Source: Cetobacterium sp. 2A (GTDB taxonomy: Bacteria; Fusobacteriota; Fusobacteriia; Fusobacteriales; Fusobacteriaceae). From it: 24,000 nt of DNA. The stretch covers positions 322,120 through 346,119 of the forward strand of contig NZ_JACFAJ010000001.1 in assembly GCF_014250685.1 (NCBI RefSeq). The letters are read 5' to 3'. Within the stretch, counting starts at the first letter, position 1. The number at the start of each line of letters is the position of its first letter. Positions 15,798-22,731 of this stretch are shown here, piece after piece. The notes below the pieces were generated by a model, which made no database searches, was not told the origin of the DNA, and worked only from the letters and a program-made list of their open reading frames with translations. A program made the position numbers and the translations under genes.

Positions 15798-16865
15798 TTA
15801 TTTATTTTGGTTCTCTAAATATTTAACTCCTAAATCTGGAAAATCTGTAAATACACCTGTTGAGTTAGTTTTATTAAATATAACATCAAACATCTCATCA
15901 ATATTATTTACATAATCTGGCAAAGCATCTTTTCTAACTGTATATGGATGTAATTCTAAATTATTTTGTCCAATATATTCCACTAACGGAGTTAGTTTTA
16001 CATTTCCTTTTTTAGATTCTTTCTCATTTATTAACATATACCATGCTGGTCCAATTCCATCTGCATATTTAGATATCTCTTTTGCTCCTTCTGGAGTAAA
16101 CATCCAGTCATAGTTATAATTTACCCATTCACCTTTTTTATTTTTTTCCATAGTCTCATTCCAATCAGTATAAGCAACCAATTGAACTAGCTTTAAGTTC
16201 ATTCCCATCTCTGGCATAAGCTCATTTTTAACTCTTTTTAGTTCATTGAAATCAAAAACTTGAAAATATATTGGATCTTCTTTACTTGTATATCCATAAC
16301 TTTTTAAAATTTTCAAAGTTTCTTTAGCTATATCTTTTCCCTCTTGATGATGTAGCCAAGGTGCTTTTATCTCTGGATATATACCAATTCTTTTTCCCGT
16401 AGTTTTTTCTAATCCTTGGATAAATTCTAACTCCTCTTGTAAAGTATGAATCTTAAATGACGATTTCCATAAAGGGAATCTTCCTTCATATACAAGTTTT
16501 TCTTCCCCATTTTTTGTAGTAAAATTCTCAGTCATATTCAAACCTTTTATCTCATCTAAAGTAAAATCCATTACATAGTATCTTCCATCTTTTCTAGCTC
16601 TATTTGGATACTGTTTAGCCACATCTGATAGTTGATCTAAAAAGTGATCATGAATCACAACTACTTTATTATCCTTAGTCATAACCAAATCTTGTTCTAG
16701 ATAGTCTGCGCCTTGTCCAAAGGCTAAAGCTTTTGATTCAAGCGTATGTTCAGGTAAATATCCACTAGCTCCTCTATGGGCTATAATAATCTTTTTTTCA
16801 TCTTTTGAAAAAGTAACTAAAGATAATCCTACCATAGTTAACGCTAATAATGTTTTCGCTTTCAT
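15798..16865 (-). CDS. glpQ: Periplasmic glycerophosphodiester phosphodiesterase
   Basis: 355 aa with a cleavable-type signal peptide (MKAKTLLALTMVGLSLVTFS). Long stretches match E. coli GlpQ as I recall it: IIAHRGASGYLPEHTLE, GADYLEQDLVMTKD, RARKDGRYY, IGIYPEIKAPWLHHQEGKDIA, LVQLVAYTDWNET, WVNYNYDWMF, HPYTVRKD and FTDFPD. Confidence 0.92.
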   Translation of the reverse strand: MKAKTLLALTMVGLSLVTFSKDEKKIIIAHRGASGYLPEHTLESKALAFGQGADYLEQDLVMTKDNKVVVIHDHFLDQLSDVAKQYPNRARKDGRYYVMDFTLDEIKGLNMTENFTTKNGEEKLVYEGRFPLWKSSFKIHTLQEELEFIQGLEKTTGKRIGIYPEIKAPWLHHQEGKDIAKETLKILKSYGYTSKEDPIYFQVFDFNELKRVKNELMPEMGMNLKLVQLVAYTDWNETMEKNKKGEWVNYNYDWMFTPEGAKEISKYADGIGPAWYMLINEKESKKGNVKLTPLVEYIGQNNLELHPYTVRKDALPDYVNNIDEMFDVIFNKTNSTGVFTDFPDLGVKYLENQNK

Positions 16866-16881
16866 TTAATACCCCCTTAGT

Positions 16882-18168
16882 TTACATTAATAGATTTGGT
16901 ATATATAGTGCTATTGTTTCCGAATAAGTTAAAATAGCTAAAACCACTAAAAGAGCTAATATAAAAGGCATAATTTCCTTTATAAATTCATCGAGTTTTA
17001 CTCCAACTATAGTACATGTAGTAAACATCATTGAACCAAAAGGTGGTGTTATCCCTCCTATCATAATATTAACAATTAATATGACTCCAAATTGTATTGG
17101 GTCTATTCCAACCTTTAAAGCTGCTGGTACTAAAAGTGGTGCAAGTATTACTAAAGCTGCGCCTCCTTCTAAAAACATTCCAACAAAAAGTAACAATAAA
17201 TTTACAATAAACAATAACATGTATCTATTATCTGTAAATCCTACCAATAAATTTGTTATCATTTGTGGTATTCTTTCCAGTGTTAAGTAATATCCAAAAA
17301 CTTTTGCACCTATTATAAGCAACATAACTGATCCTGTTCCATATACAGTATCTTTTAAAATTATAGGAACATGTTCCCATTTAAGTTTTTTGTATACAAA
17401 AACTCCAACTACAAAACAGAATAGAACCGCAACTCCTCCCGCTTCTGTGGGTGTAAAAAGTCCCATACGCATCCCTAAAATAATTCCAAAAGGAATTAAT
17501 AGTGCCCATATAGAATCTTTTACTTGAAATAAAATCTCTTTTATTGTTGCCCTTTTATCTCTTGTTGATGCATAACCTCTTTTTTTAGAAATTATATTTA
17601 CAACAAACATAAGAGCTATTGTCATCATAATTCCAGGCGTATAACCTGCCAAAAACATTTTCGCAACTGACACATTAGCTATTAACGAATAAATTATCAA
17701 ATTTGTTCCTGGAGGTATAACCGGACTTATTGAAGACGATGCTGCTGTTACTGCTGCTGAGAAAGGCTTCGAAAAATTTCTTTTTACCATTTCAGGGACT
17801 AATATTTTTGACTGCATTGCTGCGTCAGCATTTGCTGACCCTGAAATTCCACCCATCATGGCACTTAATATAACGTTTACTTGAGCTAATCCACCTATCA
17901 TATGCCCTGTTAATACTTCTGCCATCTTCATTAAACTTGAACTAATTCCTGAAAAATTCATAACAGATCCAACCATTATAAAAAATGGAACCGCTAAATA
18001 TGGGAATGATTCAACCGAAGTTACAAATTGCTGAATAACCATATTAACCGACATTATGCTATTTTGAAATATGAAATAATATAACGATGCCCCTATAAGA
18101 GCAAAAGCAATTGGAATATTTAGAAAAAATAATACAAATAAAATAATAACTGGTATAAATGGCTCCAT
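16882..18168 (-). CDS. TRAP transporter large permease subunit (DctM family)
   Basis: 12-TM-type hydrophobic protein typical of DctM. The start was moved to ATG 18168 (MEPFIPVIIL), which overlaps the DctQ stop as TAATG. The track's earlier start would overlap DctQ by 28 nt. Confidence 0.88.
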   Translation of the reverse strand: MEPFIPVIILFVLFFLNIPIAFALIGASLYYFIFQNSIMSVNMVIQQFVTSVESFPYLAVPFFIMVGSVMNFSGISSSLMKMAEVLTGHMIGGLAQVNVILSAMMGGISGSANADAAMQSKILVPEMVKRNFSKPFSAAVTAASSSISPVIPPGTNLIIYSLIANVSVAKMFLAGYTPGIMMTIALMFVVNIISKKRGYASTRDKRATIKEILFQVKDSIWALLIPFGIILGMRMGLFTPTEAGGVAVLFCFVVGVFVYKKLKWEHVPIILKDTVYGTGSVMLLIIGAKVFGYYLTLERIPQMITNLLVGFTDNRYMLLFIVNLLLLFVGMFLEGGAALVILAPLLVPAALKVGIDPIQFGVILIVNIMIGGITPPFGSMMFTTCTIVGVKLDEFIKEIMPFILALLVVLAILTYSETIALYIPNLLM

Positions 18169-18707
18169 TACATCATCACATCCTCTATCTGACACTCAAA
18201 TTCCTCTTTTTCTTCGATAGCTTCTATCTCTAAATCATTGAAATTAATAATATCATAGATAAAAAAATAAACTGAATAAACTGTCATTAATCCAAATGCC
18301 ACTGGTAAAGAGCTATTTATATATACATATGATACTTCTAGTGCCGATGTTATCTTATCTGATGAAGCTGTGTAGTTATAACTTAAATAAAACATTGATG
18401 CCGATAAAACTAAAAGTAATGTATTTGTTATAACCCTTAAAATTCTTCTTCCCTTAAGAGGTAAAATTTTTGTTAAAACATCCACTCCTATAAGTCCTTT
18501 CTTTCTATATCCAGCTGTTGCCCCTAAATATACTGTCCATATAAAACATCCAACTGAAACTTCTTCTATCCAAGAATATTGTATTCCTAAGAAATATCTT
18601 AGGAATACATTTACTATTACAAGGATTACAGTTATACTGATGGCTATACTTCCAATCAAAGCTTCAAACTCTACTTCTTTTATTTTTTTTAAGAACTCAT
18701 TCTCCAT
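18168..18707 (-). CDS. TRAP transporter small permease subunit (DctQ family)
   Basis: About 180 aa with four hydrophobic helices, sitting between the DctP-like and DctM-like genes. The start was moved to ATG 18707 (MENEF), because GGAGG lies 5 nt upstream and contains the track's first ATG. Confidence 0.8.
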   Translation of the reverse strand: MENEFLKKIKEVEFEALIGSIAISITVILVIVNVFLRYFLGIQYSWIEEVSVGCFIWTVYLGATAGYRKKGLIGVDVLTKILPLKGRRILRVITNTLLLVLSASMFYLSYNYTASSDKITSALEVSYVYINSSLPVAFGLMTVYSVYFFIYDIINFNDLEIEAIEEKEEFECQIEDVMM

Positions 18708-18729
18708 GTAAGCCTCCAAACTAGCAAAT

Positions 18730-19755
18730 TTACTTATTTCTGATTTTATTTAACTCAACTATTATTTGGTCATAAATTCCTGGAGTCCATTTTGGGAATT
18801 GACTATAAATTTTTTCAATTGCTTTATTGAAAGCTACTGAATCAACCTCATTAAATTTCACTCCCAATTCCTCTAATTTTTTTTGATATTCTTTTTCTAA
18901 CTTAACAGTTTCACTAGTATTATAAATACCTCCGTTATAAATTTCCTCTTCAATAACTTTTCTTTGATCATCAGTTAATTCATTCCAAACTTTATTTGAT
19001 ATAGTTATCGCAGATACTCCTAAAAGATGATTTGTTAAAGAAACTTGTTTTCTTACTTCATAAATTTTAGTTCCATATATTGTCATTAAAGATCCTTCTA
19101 ATCCATCTACAACTTTTTGTTGAATTCCACTATATACCTCTGTAAATGGTAATGGAGTTGGATTTGCACCCATAGCCTCTAAAGTTAACATATATAACTG
19201 ACTGTTAGGAACTCTAATTTTTAATCCCTTTAAATCTTCTGGAGTTTTTATTTCTTTTTCTGTTAACATGCTTCTAAATCCAAATAAATAATCTAACGAT
19301 AAAACTTTAATACCTTTTTTCTCCGCTTCTGTATTTAAATTTTTTACTAAATCACTCTTAGTCATAGCTAAATATTCATCAAACGTATTGTATAGCATAG
19401 GACCAACTACAGCATTATAATCAGGAATATAATCTCCTAGGAAATTTATTCCATCTACTGATATCCAGTTTGCTCCTCCAACAACTTGCTCCATACTATC
19501 CTTCCCTATAGGTAGTTGCCCTCCTGTAAATACTTGTATTTCAAGATTGTCTTTTAATCTTTCATTTATTTTATTAGCTACCTCATGTAATGTTTTAGCA
19601 GTTTGTTCATCATCAACAAATTTCATACTCATTTTTATTATTTTTTTTTCAGGTGCTTTAGTTTGTCCACCATCTTTTTTTTCTTTGTCCCCTCCACATC
19701 CAATTAAAAAAATACTTAGAACTAACATTAAAACTTTTAAAATCCCCTTTTTCAT
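18730..19755 (-). CDS. TRAP transporter substrate-binding protein (DctP family), lipoprotein-anchored
   Basis: 341 aa with a lipobox (LIGCGG). It has the DctP-family core with DLKGLKIRVP and the conserved ligand-anion-binding Arg context FGFRSM. The RBS is AGGAGGGG. Confidence 0.85.
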   Translation of the reverse strand: MKKGILKVLMLVLSIFLIGCGGDKEKKDGGQTKAPEKKIIKMSMKFVDDEQTAKTLHEVANKINERLKDNLEIQVFTGGQLPIGKDSMEQVVGGANWISVDGINFLGDYIPDYNAVVGPMLYNTFDEYLAMTKSDLVKNLNTEAEKKGIKVLSLDYLFGFRSMLTEKEIKTPEDLKGLKIRVPNSQLYMLTLEAMGANPTPLPFTEVYSGIQQKVVDGLEGSLMTIYGTKIYEVRKQVSLTNHLLGVSAITISNKVWNELTDDQRKVIEEEIYNGGIYNTSETVKLEKEYQKKLEELGVKFNEVDSVAFNKAIEKIYSQFPKWTPGIYDQIIVELNKIRNK

Positions 19756-19783
19756 ACAATCCCCTCCTAAAATTAATTTTTTT

Positions 19784-19844
19784 ATAAAAAAAAAGAGAGA
19801 TTCAAAAAAAATATAAAACTTTTTTATTGAATAGCGCTCTCTTT
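19784..19844 (-). promoter_or_regulatory. Terminator-like hairpin in the 5' leader of the TRAP-glpQ operon (candidate attenuator)
   Basis: On the minus-strand RNA, AAAGAGAG (19844-19837) pairs with CUCUCUUU (19799-19792), and AUUCAA (19832-19827) pairs with UUGAAU (19805-19800). An inner A6/U6 helix is also possible. These are followed by a run of U. The hairpin sits between the predicted promoter and the RBS. Confidence 0.45.
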
Positions 19845-19885
19845 CTTCTCTGCTATTTTATATTATTTTTTAATTTTCAGTACCA

Positions 19886-19913
19886 AGTATACTTTATTAA
19901 TTCTAAATGTCAA
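19886..19913 (-). promoter_or_regulatory. Candidate promoter of the TRAP-glpQ-mgtC-HAD operon
   Basis: On the minus strand: TTGACA (19913-19908), a 16-nt spacer, then TATACT (19891-19886). This gives a leader of roughly 120-125 nt. Confidence 0.5.
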
Positions 19914-19932
19914 TGTTTATGGGTAAATAAAA

Positions 19933-19969
19933 AAAAGCTGTTGACAAATTTCTTTTGTCAACAGCTTTT
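19933..19969. terminator. Strong bidirectional terminator hairpin
   Basis: AAAAGCTGTTGACAAA (19933-19948) pairs perfectly with TTTGTCAACAGCTTTT (19954-19969), with a 5-nt loop. A and T runs lie on both sides. Confidence 0.8.
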
Positions 19970-19975
19970 AACCAA

Positions 19976-20095
19976 TTATAAAATATATTCAAAAAATTTA
20001 TAAGCCATCAGTAGACCAAACAAAGTATATGATCCAACTAAAAAATATATGCATACAACTTTTAATACTTTATCCTCAAAACCTTCATCATTCAA
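19976..20095 (-). CDS. Candidate small ORF (39 aa, single hydrophobic helix), speculative
   Basis: TTG start at 20095 with GGAG 8 nt upstream. The product would be (M)NDEGFEDKVLKVVCIYFLVGSYTLFGLLMAYKFFEYIL. Its stop lies 7 nt before the strong terminator stem. There is no ATG start and no other support. Confidence 0.2.
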   Translation of the reverse strand: MNDEGFEDKVLKVVCIYFLVGSYTLFGLLMAYKFFEYIL

Positions 20096-20165
20096 TAATA
20101 ACTTCTCCATAATCAATTCCTCCATTTTACAAATACTTTTTAATCTTATTTATATCTGGAAGTTT

Positions 20166-20510
20166 CTAATTTCTAAGCACACGTTTTGCATCTCTTTCTA
20201 AAATTGAATAGATAAAAGAAATCTTGTAGCTAATATCTATTACAGTTTCATTAAAACTAATTACTTTTATTAACGGAGAAAGGTTAAAACTTAAGTAATT
20301 ACTGTTATTTTGATTTTGATTTGTTTTTAAAAATGTCTGATTATCTAATGAAGTTATAGAGATATATTCGTTATTTTTTTCTGATTTTGATTCTCTTATT
20401 ATGGAATTCTCAGTTTGATACATATAACTTTTTTGTTGAAATTCATCTTTAAAATTTCCAAAAATTGCTAATGTGAATATCAAAAGTATGATTGAAAGTT
20501 TTCTTTTCAT
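20166..20510 (-). CDS. Small secreted hypothetical protein
   Basis: 114 aa with the signal-peptide-like N-terminus MKRKLSIILLIFTLAIFG. The mature part is Asn/Ser/Gln-rich and I recognise no family. Confidence 0.5.
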   Translation of the reverse strand: MKRKLSIILLIFTLAIFGNFKDEFQQKSYMYQTENSIIRESKSEKNNEYISITSLDNQTFLKTNQNQNNSNYLSFNLSPLIKVISFNETVIDISYKISFIYSILERDAKRVLRN

Positions 20511-20544
20511 AGTTTCACCCTAATAAAAATTATTATTACTATAT

Positions 20545-20573
20545 ATTATAACAAATTCCATTAATTCCTTCAA
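20545..20573 (-). promoter_or_regulatory. Candidate promoter for the small secreted protein gene
   Basis: On the minus strand: TTGAAG (20573-20568), a 17-nt spacer, then TATAAT (20550-20545). Confidence 0.45.
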
Positions 20574-20601
20574 ATTTTTAATATCATTTTTTATTTATAT
20601 A

Positions 20602-20630
20602 TTGACATTTACTAATTATAAAAGTATATA
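20602..20630 (+). promoter_or_regulatory. Candidate promoter of dhaKLM
   Basis: TTGACA (20602-20607), a 17-nt spacer, then TATATA (20625-20630), about 40 nt upstream of the dhaK ATG. It sits back-to-back with the divergent promoter. Confidence 0.5.
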
Positions 20631-20669
20631 TCAATAATGGGAAAATAAATACTATAGGGAGGATAATCA

Positions 20670-21665
20670 ATGAAAAAACTTATAAACAAGCCTGAAAATA
20701 TCGTAACAGAGATGATTAATGGAATAGCAAAGGCTCATGGAAATATTGTTAAAAAATTAGATGAACAACCTATTATAGTTAGAAAAGATAAAAAAATTGG
20801 AAAAGTATCACTTGTTAGTGGTGGTGGAAGTGGACATGAACCATCTCATGCTGGATTTGTTGGATATGGAATGTTAGATGCTGCTGTGGCTGGAGAAGTT
20901 TTTACATCTCCTAGTGCTGATAAAGTCTACGAGGCTATAAAAGCTGTTGATACTGGAGAAGGAGTTCTTCTTATTATAAAAAATTACAGTGGAGATATAA
21001 TGAATTTTGAAATGGCTCAAGAAATGGCAGCCATGGAAAATATTAAAGTTGATAAATTAATTGTGGCTGATGATATTGCTGTTGAAAACAGTACTTATAC
21101 AATCGGAAGAAGAGGTATTGCTGGAACAGTATTTGTTCATAAAATAATCGGAGCTGCAAGTGAAAAAGGTTATTCATTAGATGAATTAAAGACATTAGGT
21201 AAAAAAGTAACTGATAATTTAAGAACTATGGGTATGGCAATAAAACCATGTATACTTCCAACTACTGGAAAAGAATCCTTTACACTAGGAGAGGATGAAG
21301 TAGAAATTGGACTTGGAATACACGGGGAACCTGGTACTCATAGAGAGAAATTAAAAACTGCCGATGAACATGCCGAGGATTTGCTTAATAAAATTTTAAA
21401 AGAAATTCAACTAAAAGAAAATGACGAAGTTGCTGTTTTAGTAAATGGTCTTGGAGAAACTCCTCTTATGGAACTTTGTATTATTAATAATAAAGTAATT
21501 GATATATTAAATTCAAAGGGTGTAAAAAGTACAAATGTTTACGTTGGAAATTATATGACATCACTTGATATGGGTGGCTTCTCTATAAGTATCCTAAAAC
21601 TCGATAATGAGACCAAAGAATTTTTAAATTCAAAATCTAATACAATAGCGTTCAAATCTTTCTAG
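20670..21665 (+). CDS. dhaK: PTS-dependent dihydroxyacetone kinase, dihydroxyacetone-binding subunit DhaK
   Basis: 331 aa with canonical motifs: GGGSGHEPSHAGFVGYGML, IIKNYSGDIMNF, GRRGIAGT, GLGIHGEPG and TSLDMGGFSISILK. Confidence 0.92.
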   Translation: MKKLINKPENIVTEMINGIAKAHGNIVKKLDEQPIIVRKDKKIGKVSLVSGGGSGHEPSHAGFVGYGMLDAAVAGEVFTSPSADKVYEAIKAVDTGEGVLLIIKNYSGDIMNFEMAQEMAAMENIKVDKLIVADDIAVENSTYTIGRRGIAGTVFVHKIIGAASEKGYSLDELKTLGKKVTDNLRTMGMAIKPCILPTTGKESFTLGEDEVEIGLGIHGEPGTHREKLKTADEHAEDLLNKILKEIQLKENDEVAVLVNGLGETPLMELCIINNKVIDILNSKGVKSTNVYVGNYMTSLDMGGFSISILKLDNETKEFLNSKSNTIAFKSF

Positions 21666-21675
21666 GAGGATTATA

Positions 21676-22290
21676 ATGAATAAATTAGTGCAGATTATTA
21701 ATAAAATAGTAGATAAAATAGAAATTAATAAAGACTATTTAACCGATTTAGATAGAGAAATTGGAGATGGAGACCACGGTGTCAATTTATCAAGAGGTGG
21801 TAAAAAATTGGAAGAAAACATTTCCAGTTTTGAAAACCTTAAAGAATATGAAGTTTTAAATAAAATAGCCATGCTTTTATTGTCCAATGTAGGCGGTGCT
21901 TCTGGAGCACTTTATTCAACGGCCCTTATGAGAGGTGCAAGTTATTTAAAAAATTGCGATACAATTAATGAAAAAACTATAGGAGAAACTTTTTCAGCTA
22001 TGATTAAAGGTATTGAAGAAAGAGGAAAATCAACCGTAGGTGAGAAAACTATGTTAGATACATTAGTTCCAGCCTCCGAAGCGTTTAATATGGCAGCTGA
22101 AAAAGGATGTAATTTAGAAGAATGTTTTCAACAGGCCTATATTGCTGGAAAAAAAGGCATGGAATATACAAAAAATATAAAAGCTACAAAAGGTAGAGCT
22201 TCCTATTTAGGAGATCGAAGTATTGGAACTTTAGATCCTGGAGCGGTCTCGTCGTACTTAATATTAGAAACAATAAAAGAAGAGATTTAA
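21676..22290 (+). CDS. dhaL: Dihydroxyacetone kinase ADP-binding subunit DhaL
   Basis: 204 aa with DREIGDGDHGVN, GGASGALY, GEKTMLDTL and LDPGA. Confidence 0.92.
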   Translation: MNKLVQIINKIVDKIEINKDYLTDLDREIGDGDHGVNLSRGGKKLEENISSFENLKEYEVLNKIAMLLLSNVGGASGALYSTALMRGASYLKNCDTINEKTIGETFSAMIKGIEERGKSTVGEKTMLDTLVPASEAFNMAAEKGCNLEECFQQAYIAGKKGMEYTKNIKATKGRASYLGDRSIGTLDPGAVSSYLILETIKEEI

Positions 22291-22301
22291 AAGGAGAAAA
22301 A

Positions 22302-22697
22302 ATGGTCGGAATTGTAGTTGTCTCTCATAGTAAAAAGTTAGCTCACGAAATAATAGAATTATGCAATGAAATGAAAAAATATGACTTCGAAGTTATAAAT
22401 GGCAGTGGGGTTGAAGGAGATCATTTAGGTTCAGATCCTTTAATCATAAAAAGTGCTATTGAAAAAGCTTATTCTGAAAATGGAGTTTTGATATTTGCAG
22501 ATTTAGGAAGTTCTATCTTAAATTCAGAAATTGCCATTGAATTTTTAGGCGATAACTATAATAAAGAGAAAGTCGTTATAGCAGATGCTCCGATAGTAGA
22601 AGGATTAATCATTGCTGTTGCTATGAATGATGGCAAAAATACTTTATCAGAAATAACTCAAGAATTGCTAGAACTAAAAAGTTTTAAAAAGATATAA
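22302..22697 (+). CDS. dhaM: Dihydroxyacetone kinase phosphotransfer subunit DhaM (single EIIA-mannose-like domain)
   Basis: 131 aa. The N-terminal MVGIVVVSHSKKLA carries the EIIA-Man-type phosphohistidine context (VSHS). It sits immediately after dhaL, and its short single-domain form resembles that of Gram-positive DhaM. Confidence 0.85.
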   Translation: MVGIVVVSHSKKLAHEIIELCNEMKKYDFEVINGSGVEGDHLGSDPLIIKSAIEKAYSENGVLIFADLGSSILNSEIAIEFLGDNYNKEKVVIADAPIVEGLIIAVAMNDGKNTLSEITQELLELKSFKKI

Positions 22698-22729
22698 AAA
22701 ACCAAGGATTAATATTCTTGGTTTTTTTT
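22696..22729. terminator. Bidirectional terminator between dhaM and the convergent ABC gene
   Basis: AAAAACCAAGGAT pairs with ATTCTTGGTTTTT (stem 22696-22709 with 22714-22726, 4-nt loop), followed by a T run. Confidence 0.75.
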
Positions 22730-22731
22730 AT

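Noticed and set aside
20080-20127. A 44-aa ORF that seemed to start at the strong RBS-ATG pair at 20109 (MEKLLLNDEG...).
   Set aside because: On re-reading the bases, I had inserted a nucleotide. The true ATG frame is MEKYY-stop. Only the TTG-initiated 39-aa frame remains, and it is reported as low-confidence.
20554-20568. Direct repeat AATTCC at 20554-20559 and 20563-20568 in the dhaK and secreted-protein divergent promoter region, considered as a possible operator.
   Set aside because: It is only two 6-bp copies in AT-rich DNA. They lie within the spacer of a predicted promoter, with no palindromic partner and no regulator gene nearby, so the evidence is insufficient.
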